64,000 nucleotides of DNA from Candidatus Latescibacterota bacterium (lineage in GTDB: Bacteria > Latescibacterota > UBA2968 > UBA8231), in the NCBI GenBank assembly GCA_965204725.1, contig OZ242005.1:2560001-2624000 (forward strand), written 5' to 3'. The notes under the pieces were generated by a model that was not told where the DNA came from, did not search any database, and was given only the letters and a program-made list of their open reading frames with translations. A program made the position numbers and the translations under genes. This document shows, piece after piece, positions 37,896 to 49,207 of this stretch (positions are counted from its first letter, which is position 1; each line of letters starts with the position of its first letter).

Positions 37896-38653
37896 TCACT
37901 CCACGTCGAGGATGTAGCGCGCCAGCGGCGAGAGCCGCTCGGCGGTTTCCGGCCGCAAATACGCACGCTGGTCGGTCTGCTGCGGGTGCTCGCGGGCGAT
38001 AAAGGCGCAGTGCAGGGTGCGGCGGGGACGGCTGCTGAGGTTGCGATACGAGCCGTGCCAGAGGCTGCCATTAAACACGGCCACCGAGCCAGCGCGGCCC
38101 GTCAGATGAACCTGCTCTGGATGGTCAGCCAAACGATCGGCCAAATGGTCGGCTACCCTGCCGGATTGGCGGTGGCTGCCCGGGACGCAGCGAGTCGCGC
38201 CGTTGGCTTGGGTGAAATCGTCGAGCATCCACATGGAGTTGACCACGTGATACGGCCCGCCGGGCACAGTGGGCCGCCCCAATCCGCATGCAGGGCCTGT
38301 AAGCCGTGGCCGGGCAGTGGATCGTGCCCGTTGAGCGAGTGCAGCTTAAACGGCCGCTGCAACAGGTGGAAGACCGCCGTCAGCAGCACCGGCTGTAGGT
38401 ACACCGCGTCAAAGACAGGCCCCTTGTTGACCAGATCGGCGAGGCGGCGCACACCCTCCATTTGGGCTACCTCCGCACCGGCCCGGTCGCCCTCGCGGGC
38501 AAAAATCGCGTCAAAAGCACGGCGCAACTCGGCCAGCCAGTCGGGGCCGATGACCCCTTCCAAGACGATGAAGCCGTGGGTGTCTAGCGCACTGCATTGC
38601 GCGGGAGTCAGCGGCTGAGGGACGAATCCCCGTTGCAGTAATTCGCGGTCCAT
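37896..38653 (-). pseudogene. Phytanoyl-CoA dioxygenase (PhyH) family, split by a 1-nt frameshift near 38280
   Basis: GFIVLEG...QALHADW in one frame; VNSMWMLDDFTQANGAT..PGSH..LWHG in the other; G-run at the junction. Confidence 0.8.
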
Positions 38654-38657
38654 TGGC

Positions 38658-39821
38658 TTAGCGACCGGCGCGGCGGGCGAATTCACACAGGGCGGTCACG
38701 CCGCGGCGGATGTGCTCTTCTGAGGCGGCGATGGAGACGCGCACGTGGTCGCGGCACGTCTGGCCAAAGGTGCTGCCCGGCGCCACAGCCACGCGCTGCT
38801 CGTTGAGGAGCCGGACAGCGAATTCGCCAGAGTCCATGCCCGCCGCGGCGATGTCGATCATGAGGTAAATCGCGCCGCCCGGGGTATAGCGGTACAAGCC
38901 ATATTCTCTCAGGACATCAAGGGCCAAGTCGCGGCGGTGCTTATAGCTGCGGCGCATCTCGGCCACGTCATCTTGCGGGCCATTGAGCGCGTCGGCGGCC
39001 GCGAGCTGGGAAAAGCCCGTGCCGCACGAGACAAAAGGCTCTTGCAGCTTGGCGGCCAGTTCGATGTACTCGGGCTGGGCGCGGGTAAAGCCCACTCGGT
39101 AGCCGGTCATGGCGTAGCTTTTGGACATGCCGGAGACCACGATGGCGCGTCCGTCAGCGTCGTAGGGCAGGGCGCTTTGATGCGGTTGGTCAAAGACGAT
39201 CTGGCCGTAGATCTCGTCGGACAGCACCCACAAATCGCGGCGCTGGGCCCAGTGCATAAGCTGGCGCATGAGCGTCTCGTCGTACACTTGGCCGGTGGGA
39301 TTGGAGGGCGTACAGAGGAGGAGGAGTTTGGTGCGGGGGCTGACGAGGCGATCCATCTCGTCGAGGTCGGGCAGAAAGTGGTTTTCCGCCCGCAGCTTGT
39401 AAAAGACGGGTTGGCCGTGGGCCATGGAGACCGCCATCTCGTAGTTGGGCCAGCCCGGATCGGGCAACAGGGCCTCGTCGCCCGGTTCGAGCAGGGCCAG
39501 AAAAGCGGTCGCCACGCTCATGACGGCCCCGGGGGTGACGAGGATGTTTTCCTCGGTGGTCGGCACGCCGGTGCTGCGCTCGAAGTAGCGAGCTGCGGCC
39601 GCGCGCAACGCATCGACGCCGGCATTGGGGATGTACTTGGTGTGGCCGGCGCGCACGTAGCGGCAGGTGGCTTCGACAATGGGCGCGGGCGTGGCAAAAT
39701 CGGGTTGGCCTACTTCGAGGTGAATGACCTCGCCCGTTTTCTCAATGTCCCAAGCCAGTTCCATGATCTCGCGGATGCCCGAGCGAGGAATCGACGCGGC
39801 GATGCGGGCGAAAGGCTTCAT
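38658..39821 (-). CDS. Class I/II PLP-dependent aminotransferase
   Basis: GQPDF, PSNPTG, SDEIY, SKSYAMTGYRVG. Confidence 0.93.
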   Translation of the reverse strand: MKPFARIAASIPRSGIREIMELAWDIEKTGEVIHLEVGQPDFATPAPIVEATCRYVRAGHTKYIPNAGVDALRAAAARYFERSTGVPTTEENILVTPGAVMSVATAFLALLEPGDEALLPDPGWPNYEMAVSMAHGQPVFYKLRAENHFLPDLDEMDRLVSPRTKLLLLCTPSNPTGQVYDETLMRQLMHWAQRRDLWVLSDEIYGQIVFDQPHQSALPYDADGRAIVVSGMSKSYAMTGYRVGFTRAQPEYIELAAKLQEPFVSCGTGFSQLAAADALNGPQDDVAEMRRSYKHRRDLALDVLREYGLYRYTPGGAIYLMIDIAAAGMDSGEFAVRLLNEQRVAVAPGSTFGQTCRDHVRVSIAASEEHIRRGVTALCEFARRAGR

Positions 39822-40615
39822 CGGATGTGGATGCCCGGGCCGGTCGCGCCGATCATCTGCACGGTGTTGTAGATAGACGCGGGCGTCGAAGCGCCGGTGA
39901 CGCCGGTGATGCCTTCGCTGCGCGCGACCTTGAGGTCAATGCCCGGGCCTTGGGCGTGGATTTCGACGACGGCTTCGCTCCACTCAGGGCTTACCAACAG
40001 CAACGAGTGCGTGCGGTCGAAGCCAATGCCGGCGTACGCAATGGCGGCGTGGGTGTTGACGTTGCGCGGGAAGAGCGGGCAAATGCCGCGCGTCGGGCCG
40101 TCGTAGAGGACCGTTTCCTCTTTAATGTCGTCGGGGTCGAGGCCAGCGGCCGCGCAATCGACGTTGTGCGGGGGCTTTTTCATCACCACATCGACCGACT
40201 CCCACACGTCGCGGTTTTCCAACAGCGCGTCCATGCCGACCACACCGCCGTGCGGGACAAAGGCGCGGGTCCCGGCGCGTCGGGTCGTCTCCTCAAGGGT
40301 GGCTTCCACGGCTGGGTCGGCCAAGGCGGTCACCGAAATGAACATGTAGTTGGTTTTTTCGAGTATGATGCGTCCCCACTGGCGGGTGACATCCGGGTGG
40401 GCCATCTCGACGACGAGGTCGGGCTGGCGCGCGGCAAAGTCGCCCAAATCCGCCAAACAGAGGTCGGCGGGGAGGTTTTGGACGGCCGCAGCTATTTGAT
40501 CGTGAACGAAGACGACTTCCATGCCGTTGGCTGGGTCGGCGTCTATCATCTCGTGGACGGCTTGGCCGATCTGGCCGTAGCCGATTAGGCCGATGCGGGT
40601 CGGTTTTTGGTGCAT
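39818..40615 (-). CDS. Aspartate dehydrogenase-like (NadX/DUF108)
   Basis: IGLIGYGQIG, VVEMA, KKPP, FPRNVNTHA. Confidence 0.82.
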   Translation of the reverse strand: MHQKPTRIGLIGYGQIGQAVHEMIDADPANGMEVVFVHDQIAAAVQNLPADLCLADLGDFAARQPDLVVEMAHPDVTRQWGRIILEKTNYMFISVTALADPAVEATLEETTRRAGTRAFVPHGGVVGMDALLENRDVWESVDVVMKKPPHNVDCAAAGLDPDDIKEETVLYDGPTRGICPLFPRNVNTHAAIAYAGIGFDRTHSLLLVSPEWSEAVVEIHAQGPGIDLKVARSEGITGVTGASTPASIYNTVQMIGATGPGIHIR

Positions 40616-40703
40616 GGTCTGGCTCCTCAAAACGGGTGAAATCAGCCGTAGCGAATATAGGCACTCGCCAAGGATAGGGCGAACAAAGGCCGCGCCGCCC
40701 AAT

Positions 40704-43106
40704 CTATTTGCGCTCGGCGATTTTGCAGACCCAGATGCTGATTTCGTACAGCAGGAGCAAGGGCAGGGCCATTAGGATCTGGGAGACCGGGTCCGGCGGC
40801 GTGAAGATCGCGCCGAGGACGAAGATGCCGATGATGGCATAGCGGCGGATATGGCGCATCCGCGCCGCAGTCAGCACCCCGACCTTGGCCAAAAAGAGCG
40901 ACAGCACGGGCATTTCAAAGACGATGCCAAAACCCGCTATGAGCCGCAGCACAAAGCCGATGTACTCGTCGGCTGCCCATTGCGAGGTCATGTCGGGCGG
41001 CTCGAGCGAGAGGAAAAAGCGCAGCCCGAGCGGGAGGACGATGGAGTAGGCAATCAGCGCCCCGACCGCGAAGCAGAAAACGCTCAGCGAGATAATGGGC
41101 ACCATGAGTTGTTTCTCGCGCTGCAAAAGCCCCGGCGCCACAAAGCGCCAAGTTTGGTAAAAGACGACCGGCAGCGCGAGCAACAGCCCACCGACAAAGG
41201 CGATTTGCAGGCTGATGAAAAAGTAAGTCATGGGCCGCAGGGCTTGCAGTCGGCGCGTCGGCGGCAGGTCGGCGGGGGGCGCGTCCGGTTGGGGCGCAGC
41301 ATCGGACAGGCCCAACCACTGGCGCACCAGTTGTTCGACGGCCCGCACCGCGCCCGCGGATTGCTGGCTCTCCAAGCTGAAGACGGCTTCTTCGTACGGC
41401 CGGGTCAAGATCTGCATGATCGAGTCGGAGAAGGCGAAGCAGAGTACCGCGCCCACAGTGAGCGCGCCGAGGGCCTTGAGAATGCGCCAGCGGAGTTCTT
41501 CGAGGTGGTCGAGAAAGGGCATGTTGGCTTCCCGGGGCGGGTCTGGCGGGTCTGGTTCGGGGCGAGCGTCTGCTTCTGCGGGTTCGGGGGCCTTGCGGAA
41601 GAGGGCGACGAACGCGCCCAAGGCGATTAGCAGGCAGCCGTAGGCAAAGAGGTCGCCGTGCCGCGTGTAAAAGGTCGTCGGCTGGCCGACCGGCACCGTC
41701 GCGACCGCAACCGCCGGCGCGAAGAGGTCGGTCGCCTCGTAGGTGCGGCCAAACGGGTCGATGAACAGGGAAATGCCGGTGGTGGCTGCGCGGGCGATGG
41801 CCGTGCGGTTTTCAACGGCGCGCATGGCGTTGATGAGCGCGTGTTGGTAAGGGCCGGCGCTGCGGCCGAACCACGAGTCATTGGTGATGTTGACCAGCAC
41901 CCGCGCCCCAGCCGCCACGTGCTGGCGCACTAACGCGGGAAAGATGGACTCAAAGCAGATAAGCACGGCAAAGGGGTGCCGAGGATGGGCAAAAATCGCG
42001 TGTTCCGTGCCGCGCGCGAATTCGGCCGGGCCGAGGTCGCCGGTCAGGCGGGTCCAGTCGATGTCGCGCAGCAGGGGGATGGCGTCTCGATAGGGCGTCC
42101 GCTCGCCAAAGGGCACCAAGTGCATCTTGGCGTACCAAGGCAGGGCAGTGGCCTCGGGCTCGACGAAGAAGGCCGCGTTGTACTGGGCGTGCGGCGCGCC
42201 GGTGAGCACGGGAATGTCCAGTTCCTCGACGAGTGCTTGGACGCGGCCTCGGCAATCGGCTCGGCGTACGGGGTCGCACGGCAGGGCGGTTTCGGGCCAG
42301 ACCAGCAGCTCGGGATCGCGCTTGGCCGCTTGGCGCGAGAGGGTGGCGAGGGCCGAGAAACTGCGCTCCAGCCCGTTTGGACCCCACTTGTCGGCGTAGG
42401 TGGTGTTCGGTTGGATCAGGCCGATGCGCAGGCCCTCGGCCGGGACGGCCGCTGCTAGGGCGCTCTGCGCGTGGAGCCAAGGCAAGAGATAGCCCAAGGC
42501 AACGCCCCCGAGAAAGACTCGGCGCTCAACGAGTGCCAAATAGAACAGCGCGTTGAGACCGACGACCCAGCAGGAGACGCCAAAGACCCCGGTTGCGGTG
42601 GCGTATTGGATGAAATGGGGCAGGGCCGCTTGGCTGTGCCCCAGCAAGAGCCAAGGAAACCCCAACTCCCCGAGCGAGAGCGCATACTCCTGCCCGGTCC
42701 ACAACAAGGGCAGCAGCGCGAGGGCCTTGGTGCCCCACCGCACGGCGAGCACGTTGAACAGCCCAGTGCAAAGGCCGGTAAAAAGGCCCAAATAAGCGGC
42801 CATCAGCCCGGTGCCCGCGACGACGGCCGGGCCTCCGCCTTGGGTATAGGCCACCCAGTACAGGGACAGCAGGTTCCAGACCAAACCGCTGATCCAGCCC
42901 ATGGCCAAGCCGGCTTTGAAGCCGCGATCTTTCAGGGCCAGCAGCAAAGGCACCAAGGCACCATGGGCCCAGAGCGGATGATAGAGAACGGCGAGCGGGT
43001 GATCCGGGTGGTTGGGAAAGGCCAGCGAGAGCAAGGCCCCGCTTAGTGCAGCGAGCAGCAGGCGGTGCAGCGAGGTTGGGGCTAGGACCAAGCGCGGGTT
43101 AGACAT
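40704..43106 (-). CDS. lnt-tatC: Apolipoprotein N-acyltransferase (Lnt) - TatC in-frame fusion
   Basis: Lnt: GFPW, WPETA, KMHLVPFGE, ICFES, NDSWFG. TatC from about 41522: MPFLDHLEELR, FVAPGL, FEMP, TPPDPVSQ, LYEISI. Confidence 0.9.
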   Translation of the reverse strand: MSNPRLVLAPTSLHRLLLAALSGALLSLAFPNHPDHPLAVLYHPLWAHGALVPLLLALKDRGFKAGLAMGWISGLVWNLLSLYWVAYTQGGGPAVVAGTGLMAAYLGLFTGLCTGLFNVLAVRWGTKALALLPLLWTGQEYALSLGELGFPWLLLGHSQAALPHFIQYATATGVFGVSCWVVGLNALFYLALVERRVFLGGVALGYLLPWLHAQSALAAAVPAEGLRIGLIQPNTTYADKWGPNGLERSFSALATLSRQAAKRDPELLVWPETALPCDPVRRADCRGRVQALVEELDIPVLTGAPHAQYNAAFFVEPEATALPWYAKMHLVPFGERTPYRDAIPLLRDIDWTRLTGDLGPAEFARGTEHAIFAHPRHPFAVLICFESIFPALVRQHVAAGARVLVNITNDSWFGRSAGPYQHALINAMRAVENRTAIARAATTGISLFIDPFGRTYEATDLFAPAVAVATVPVGQPTTFYTRHGDLFAYGCLLIALGAFVALFRKAPEPAEADARPEPDPPDPPREANMPFLDHLEELRWRILKALGALTVGAVLCFAFSDSIMQILTRPYEEAVFSLESQQSAGAVRAVEQLVRQWLGLSDAAPQPDAPPADLPPTRRLQALRPMTYFFISLQIAFVGGLLLALPVVFYQTWRFVAPGLLQREKQLMVPIISLSVFCFAVGALIAYSIVLPLGLRFFLSLEPPDMTSQWAADEYIGFVLRLIAGFGIVFEMPVLSLFLAKVGVLTAARMRHIRRYAIIGIFVLGAIFTPPDPVSQILMALPLLLLYEISIWVCKIAERK

Positions 43107-43284
43107 CGGCTAGTGGGGGGGAGGTAGTGTGCATCAATTATAGAAGGGCGGGCGGGGCGGAGCAAGGCGCTGGCACGGATTCTGCTTATACGTCGGTTGC
43201 GTCTAGTGTCTCGATGTTCGTGGGGGCTAGACGCTACATTCGCGTGGTTTTTTTGTTACAGCTTTGCCCAAGGAGGAACGCGCC

Positions 43285-44004
43285 GTGCCAACGCACACTC
43301 AGCCCATTGACTACGACTTTGCCGCCCGCATTGTGGGCGAGGGGCCGCCCGCCCGCCCCGACGAACTGCCGCGGGAGCGGCTCGCACGCTTGGGGCCGCA
43401 GGCCCTCAAGGACCCAGAGCTGTTGGCCGTGGCTTTGGGGACGGGGTATCGCGGTCGGCACGTGCTGGACTTGGCCGAGAGCATCCTCGCCGATTACCCC
43501 AAGGAATCGCTGGTAGATATGGATTTGGGGCAACTGAGCCGGATCAAGGGGCTGGGCAAGGCCAAGGCCGGGGTCTTGGTCGCGGCGTTTGAACTGGCCC
43601 GCCGCGGGTTGCACAAGGGCTTGGGGGTGCGCCCGGTGATTAGTGCGCCCGGCGACGCGCTGTCCATGCTTTCCGACATCAAGGACCAGCAGCGCGAACA
43701 CTTCCTCTGCCTGTATCTCAACGCCCGCAATCAGGTGATCCACAAGGAAGTCGTGTCCATCGGCAGTCTATCTTCGGCCATCGTGCATCCGCGCGAGGTT
43801 TTTCGCACGGCTGTTGCGCAGGCTGCGGCCAGCGTCATATTGGCGCACAACCATCCCTCCGGCGATGTGTCGCCCAGTCAGGACGACATCAACCTGACGC
43901 GGCGCTTGGTGCAGGCCGGCGAAATCATGGGCATTGACGTGCTCGACCATCTCATCATTGGCAGCGACGATTTTCTCAGCTTGAAGGAGCGCGGCTTGAT
44001 ATGA
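43285..44004 (+). CDS. radC: RadC (JAB domain) protein
   Basis: PRERL, VHPREVF, AHNHPSG, VLDHLII. Confidence 0.93.
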   Translation: MPTHTQPIDYDFAARIVGEGPPARPDELPRERLARLGPQALKDPELLAVALGTGYRGRHVLDLAESILADYPKESLVDMDLGQLSRIKGLGKAKAGVLVAAFELARRGLHKGLGVRPVISAPGDALSMLSDIKDQQREHFLCLYLNARNQVIHKEVVSIGSLSSAIVHPREVFRTAVAQAAASVILAHNHPSGDVSPSQDDINLTRRLVQAGEIMGIDVLDHLIIGSDDFLSLKERGLI

Positions 44005-44081
44005 AGCGAGAAAATTGTATTTGCCCGGCAAAAGCCTATATTACTGACGAGCGCAGCAATCTACACGAGGATACTCCAGCA

Positions 44082-44765
44082 ATGAAAGACGAAAACGGTC
44101 ATCTGATCCCGGTGTACATTTTCGACATGTACTCCTATCCAGACGCGGAGCAGGGTTTGGGCCTGCCGCAGAAGTACTTGGTTTTGCTCAAGGGCGCGGA
44201 AAACAGCGTAGTCCCCATTACGATCGGTCACTTTGAGGGCCAAGCCCTCGCCATGGCGGTCCGCAAAATCGCCTTGCCGCGCCCCCTGCCGCACGATCTG
44301 TTGTGCAACCTGCTCAAGCGAATCAACGCCGTGGTCCACAAGCTGGTGATCCACACCCTCAAAGAAGACGTTTTCCATGCGTACCTGCTGGTCCAAGCCC
44401 AAGGCCAGTCCTTCTATCTCGACTGTCGCCCCAGCGACGGCATGGTCGTGGCCACGCTCTTGGGCGTACCGCTCTTTCTGACCCCAGAGGTAATGGAGGC
44501 GGCTGGCCAACCGCTGGAGCGCTCCGACCAGCGCGAAGCGGCCCAGAGCGAACAAGCCGCTGCCCCCGAGGTAGCCCCAGACGCGCCCGCAGAGGATGCG
44601 GGTGCCGCGCGAAAGGCCGAGGCGTTCGTGGACCCGCAGACCGGCGAGCCGATAAGCCAGTTGGAGCAACTCAAGGCGCACTTGGACTGGCTCATCGCCC
44701 AAGAGGCCTACGAGCAGGCCGCCAAGGTCCGCGACCGCATCAGCGAGCTAGAATCCGAAGGCTAA
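44082..44765 (+). CDS. Bifunctional nuclease (DUF151) with C-terminal UVR motif
   Basis: PITIGHFEG, RPLPHDL, DCRPSD, EAYEQAAKVRD. Confidence 0.88.
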   Translation: MKDENGHLIPVYIFDMYSYPDAEQGLGLPQKYLVLLKGAENSVVPITIGHFEGQALAMAVRKIALPRPLPHDLLCNLLKRINAVVHKLVIHTLKEDVFHAYLLVQAQGQSFYLDCRPSDGMVVATLLGVPLFLTPEVMEAAGQPLERSDQREAAQSEQAAAPEVAPDAPAEDAGAARKAEAFVDPQTGEPISQLEQLKAHLDWLIAQEAYEQAAKVRDRISELESEG

Positions 44766-44852
44766 AGGAGACACTCGCCGCGCCGCGGTTGGACGCTCTT
44801 GCACTGCTGTTGTGGGTGTAGGGGCGTTTTTTTATGCAACTGCCTGCCGTCG

Positions 44853-46751
44853 TCAGCCCGTGCGTCGTTTTGATCGTCCTTGGGTATGGGCGTGGAGGAA
44901 GACCATTAGCGAGGAGAGGTCGGCCGGCGAGACCCCGGAAATGCGCGATGCCTGTCCTAGGGTCTGTGGGCGAATCGCCGCGAGCTTTTGGCGCGCTTCG
45001 GTCGAAATGTTCAGCCCGGGAGCGGCGAAGTCAAAATCGGTCGGCAGGCGCAGGGATTCGAGGCGCTTGAGCTTTTGCGCTTGGGTTTCTTGGCGCTTGA
45101 TGTACCCCGCGTATTTGATCTCGGCTTCGACGTGTTCGGCCGCATCCGGGGCGAGAGGCTGTGGCGGCGGGGCAAATTCGCAGAGGTGGTCGTAGTTGAG
45201 TTGGGGGCGGCGCAGCAACTCGGCGAGCGAGGTTGATTCGGTGATGGGAGCCGTGTCCTGCCGCGCCAAGACCTCTCGCACCTTCTCGGTCGGTTTGACG
45301 CGCTCGTGCCGCAGGCGTTCGCGCTCGGCTTTGACCTGTTGCTGCTTGGTCTGGAACCGACGCCACAGGTCGTCGCCGATCAACCCCAGTGCTCGGCCCT
45401 TGGCCATCAGCCGATCGTCGGCGTTGTCCTCGCGCAAGAGCAGGCGATGCTCGGCCCGCGAGGTGAAGATGCGGTACGGCTCGAGCGTACCTTTGGTCAC
45501 TAAGTCGTCAATTAGGACGCCGATGTAGGCATCGGCGCGGGTGAGGACCAGCGGGTCGTCGCCGCGCGCCTTGAGCACGGCGTTGATGCCCGCCATAATC
45601 CCTTGGGCCGCGGCTTCTTCGTAGCCAGTGGTGCCGTTGATCTGGCCGGCGAAGAACAAATTGGCCACGCGCTTGGTCTCTAGGTGCGGGTAGAGTTGGG
45701 TCGGCGGGGCGTAATCGTATTCGACCGCGTAGGCCGGGCGCATGATCTCAGCCCGTTCGAGACCGGGCAGGGAGCGCACGATCGGGGTTTGCAGGGCCTC
45801 CGGCAGGCTCATCGACAGGCCATTGAGATAAAACTCAAGGGTGCGACGCCCTTCTGGCTCGACGAAAACTTGGTGCCGCTCCTTGTCGGCAAAGCGCGCA
45901 ATTTTGTCCTCTATGGAGGGGCAGTAGCGCGGGCCGATGCCTTCGATGCGCCCGCTGTACATGGCCGAGTGCGACAGGTTGGCTCGGACGATCTCGTGGG
46001 TGTGGGCATGGGTGTAGGTGATCCAGCAGGGCATTTGCGGCTGGACAATTTTTTCCACCGCATAGGAAAAGGGGCGCGGGGGATCATCTCCGGGCTGTTC
46101 CTCAAACGCGGCAAAGTCGAGTGTGCGGCCGTTGACGCGGGGGGGGGTGCCCGTTTTGAGCCGGCCGGTCTCAAAACCGAGCGCGACCAAGCCTTCGGCG
46201 GCCTTTTCAGCGGCGGTCTCGCCAGCGCGACCTGCGCTATAAGAAAAATCGCCGACGTGGATCTTGCCGCGGAGGAAGGTGCCGGTCGTCAGAATGACGG
46301 TGCGCCCTCGGTAGGCAATGCCGCCCTTGACGCCAATGCCTTGGACGGCCCCTTCCTCAATCAGCAAGCGCTCCATCAGACCTTGGCGGATGTCGAGATG
46401 CGCTTGCTGTTCGCAGGCGTACTTCAGCTCAAATTGGTAATCCTTTTTGTCGGCTTGCGCCCGCGAGGCGCGCACGGCCGGCCCACGCGAGGTGTTGAGG
46501 CGGCGGAACTGAATGCCGGTGCGGTCGATATTGACGGCCATCTGGCCGCCGAGCGCGTCGATTTCCTTGACGATGTGCCCCTTGCCGATCCCGCCGATAG
46601 CCGGGTTGCAGGATAGCTGGCCAATCGTGTCCAAGTTCATGGTCAGGAGCAAGGTCTCGGCTCCCATGCGCGCGGCGGCGAGCGCGGCCTCCGTGCCGGC
46701 GTGGCCGCCACCGACGACGATGACTTGGTACGCTTTCTCGTAGAAAATCAC
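44853..46751 (-). CDS. mnmG: tRNA uridine 5-carboxymethylaminomethyl modification enzyme
   Basis: [52 protein letters not shown]. Confidence 0.97.
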   Translation of the reverse strand: MIFYEKAYQVIVVGGGHAGTEAALAAARMGAETLLLTMNLDTIGQLSCNPAIGGIGKGHIVKEIDALGGQMAVNIDRTGIQFRRLNTSRGPAVRASRAQADKKDYQFELKYACEQQAHLDIRQGLMERLLIEEGAVQGIGVKGGIAYRGRTVILTTGTFLRGKIHVGDFSYSAGRAGETAAEKAAEGLVALGFETGRLKTGTPPRVNGRTLDFAAFEEQPGDDPPRPFSYAVEKIVQPQMPCWITYTHAHTHEIVRANLSHSAMYSGRIEGIGPRYCPSIEDKIARFADKERHQVFVEPEGRRTLEFYLNGLSMSLPEALQTPIVRSLPGLERAEIMRPAYAVEYDYAPPTQLYPHLETKRVANLFFAGQINGTTGYEEAAAQGIMAGINAVLKARGDDPLVLTRADAYIGVLIDDLVTKGTLEPYRIFTSRAEHRLLLREDNADDRLMAKGRALGLIGDDLWRRFQTKQQQVKAERERLRHERVKPTEKVREVLARQDTAPITESTSLAELLRRPQLNYDHLCEFAPPPQPLAPDAAEHVEAEIKYAGYIKRQETQAQKLKRLESLRLPTDFDFAAPGLNISTEARQKLAAIRPQTLGQASRISGVSPADLSSLMVFLHAHTQGRSKRRTG

Positions 46752-47029
46752 GACTGTTTGTACGCGGCGAGGATGCGGTCGCCTTCCTCTTGGGTTTCGC
46801 GCAGGAGCGTTTGTAGCACGTCTTCGGGGGTGCCGGTGCGCTCTTGCTTGGCGGACCAGTGCCACTGCTCCAAGTAGGCGTCGCTGCCGACGAGCCCTTC
46901 CTGCATGGCGATGCGGTCGATCGCCTGTTGGAAGCGGGCGGGCAGGGTATGCGAGCGCGGCCGGCGGTCGACAAAGAGCTTGATTTGCGCGGGAATGTCG
47001 CGCCAGTAGAGGACTTGGTATTGAATCAT
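46748..47029 (-). CDS. 'Virulence factor' family small protein (usually linked to split MetH)
   Basis: [10 protein letters not shown]...[13 protein letters not shown]...YLEQW. Confidence 0.8.
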   Translation of the reverse strand: MIQYQVLYWRDIPAQIKLFVDRRPRSHTLPARFQQAIDRIAMQEGLVGSDAYLEQWHWSAKQERTGTPEDVLQTLLRETQEEGDRILAAYKQS

Positions 47030-48030
47030 GCGGCTAGTACTTGGCGAAAGGCGCGGATGTGGTCGGGCGTGGTGCCGCAGCAGCCGCCGATGATCTGGAC
47101 GCCGGCCGCGGCCAAGTCTGGGAGGTGCGCGGCCATTTCCGCGGGGCTTTGCGAGTAGATGGTGCGGAGGGCGCTGTTAAGCCGCGGCATGCCGGCGTTG
47201 GGATAGGTCATCAGCTTCTTGTCGAGGCCGCGCTCCTGCATGGCGGCCTTAAACTGGGCAACGCCGTGGAGGGCGTACGGCATGCCGGTGTGCTCGTTGC
47301 GCCGGGTCTCGGCACCGCAGTTGACCCCGACGAGGTGGACGTGGTCGAGCAGGTTGTCGCCCCCGGAGTATTGGCCCGAGGCGAGTATGTCCAAAAGGTC
47401 GGCGGCCGAGTGCCCCCAATCGGTGCGATAGACGATCTGCTTGCTTTTGCGGTCCCGCGTGTATTTAAGCGCGAGGTTGACGGCCATGGGCAGGCCGGTC
47501 TGGCGGACGATATTGCAGATCATGGCCGCTTCGACCGCGGAAAACTGAGTCTCAACCGAGAAGAAATCGACCCCGCCTTCGTAAAGCGCGTCGATGATGC
47601 GCTGATGCGCGGCGCGGACCTTGTCGTTGGCAATGCCGAAATCCGTACTGCCCGCGTCGGCTTCAATGGCCCCGGGGGAGGGGCCGATGGAGCCGGCGAT
47701 GAAGACATCCCGCTCGCCGAGTTCCCGGGCGCGCTGGGCGAGCTCGGCCCCGCGCTGGGCCAGCGCACCGGCTTGAGCCGGGTCTTTGCCGGCCATGGCC
47801 AAGTGCAACTCCGAGGCGACAAAGGTGTTGGTGCCAATGCAGTCGGCCCCCGCGGCAATGTAGTCGGCATGAATGGCGACGACGGCCTCGGGGTGGCTTT
47901 CGTTGGCGAGGGTGGAGTTGGTCAGCTCGACTTGGCGAGCGAAAAGCTCGGAGCCAAAGCCGCCATCGTACAAGAGAGGGCGCGGGTCGTCGAGGCACTG
48001 GAGGAAAGGGGACACAGGGCAGGTCTCCAT
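47026..48030 (-). CDS. Homocysteine S-methyltransferase domain protein
   Basis: [43 protein letters not shown]. Confidence 0.9.
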   Translation of the reverse strand: METCPVSPFLQCLDDPRPLLYDGGFGSELFARQVELTNSTLANESHPEAVVAIHADYIAAGADCIGTNTFVASELHLAMAGKDPAQAGALAQRGAELAQRARELGERDVFIAGSIGPSPGAIEADAGSTDFGIANDKVRAAHQRIIDALYEGGVDFFSVETQFSAVEAAMICNIVRQTGLPMAVNLALKYTRDRKSKQIVYRTDWGHSAADLLDILASGQYSGGDNLLDHVHLVGVNCGAETRRNEHTGMPYALHGVAQFKAAMQERGLDKKLMTYPNAGMPRLNSALRTIYSQSPAEMAAHLPDLAAAGVQIIGGCCGTTPDHIRAFRQVLAA

Positions 48031-48064
48031 CTAGGACAGGGTGTCGGCGCAGGAGCCGCTGAAC

Positions 48065-48086
48065 AGCCATTCGAGCAAGCGTTGGC
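48065..48086. repeat. 22-bp direct repeat, left copy (AGCCATTCGAGCAAGCGTTGGC)
   Basis: Identical to 55461-55482. Confidence 0.9.
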
Positions 48087-48148
48087 TAAGATATGAGAGA
48101 CATCTTTATCGCGGGATAGCGAAAGCGCATTATCTATCATTTATTGTG

Positions 48149-49207
48149 CTAACTGTAGTTGAATTGCACCAGTTTAAGGGCTTTTTTCGGTTCCAACGGA
48201 TGTAGGTGGGCAAGGTTATTGCGGGCGTCACGTAGGTATTTGACTTTGTTATGAACTTTACAATAAGTATGGGACCACACAGACCTCTCAAGTTCACTGA
48301 GCTCCACATCAAGAGGATCCTTACACTGTAACGCTCTCTGAAATTTAGACATGTTGTTGCGGACGATCTTGACACGTTGGGACTCTATCTGTGGTAAAAG
48401 CACTGCTGCTTGGGCACTCCAAAGGCGGATCTGGAGTGTACGCGGTGGCTCCTCAAGAGAGGCGAGAGCGGCATGCTCGATTCCAGACTTTGACGCGGTT
48501 CCAAGTTGCCAATCTAAGGGTGTGTGGAGCGTCCATCCTTTTTCTTTCGCAACAGATCGCAGCATTTCGCAAGGTGACAGAATAACATGGGGCCTCTCGT
48601 CGAGTAAGCGCATTGCGATGTCGAAATCCCAAGATGCTATGTAGGCTACCGTTGTGGCTAGAAGGATGCGTTGGGAATAGTTCATTCCTTTTTGCAACAG
48701 ACGGTCATTGGCCCAGAACAGGAGGTCCATTTCGTCAAGAACATCGCTCCAGTCATGTGTTTCCATCGTCACATCGTTTTTCGGTGGCTCCTCGGGCGGC
48801 TTTCCCTCAAGAGGCACAATAAATAAGGTCCGACCAAGAGATGACATGGCCCGATTCACCTGCGCGTATTTGGTGAGGAATTCTTGCCATTGCTGCCACA
48901 CCTTGGGGTGTACGCTGTCCAACCAAATAAGCTTGCCACGAAAACCCTCGTGTTCACAGAGTCCATGCAAGTCTCCTGTATTCGATAATACGCTAGGTGC
49001 GTACTTCTTACATAGCCCCTCAAACGGAGAACTCGTACACTTGAACCTTACAAAGTTCAATCCTTGCACATCTTTTATAATCGCATCTTGGAATCCTAGT
49101 GGCATCGTACCTGGGAACCTTACGATTACGCTCACACCATCGTTTAATGATCGCCCTATCGCTTTCAGAAAACGTACGGCACCGGACAATTCCCAAAGTC
49201 TCATCAT
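48149..49207 (-). CDS. Hypothetical protein with C-terminal HEPN-like RxxxxH motif
   Basis: LRDARNNLAHL near the C-terminus; ATGA overlap with the NTPase gene. Confidence 0.65.
   Translation of the reverse strand: MMRLWELSGAVRFLKAIGRSLNDGVSVIVRFPGTMPLGFQDAIIKDVQGLNFVRFKCTSSPFEGLCKKYAPSVLSNTGDLHGLCEHEGFRGKLIWLDSVHPKVWQQWQEFLTKYAQVNRAMSSLGRTLFIVPLEGKPPEEPPKNDVTMETHDWSDVLDEMDLLFWANDRLLQKGMNYSQRILLATTVAYIASWDFDIAMRLLDERPHVILSPCEMLRSVAKEKGWTLHTPLDWQLGTASKSGIEHAALASLEEPPRTLQIRLWSAQAAVLLPQIESQRVKIVRNNMSKFQRALQCKDPLDVELSELERSVWSHTYCKVHNKVKYLRDARNNLAHLHPLEPKKALKLVQFNYS

Noticed and set aside
37615-37917. 100-aa ORF as a real gene
   Set aside because: Largely the decayed manC 3' duplicate
43285-44004. 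radC as a mobile-element marker
   Set aside because: Full-length chromosomal-type gene in a housekeeping context with host-like composition
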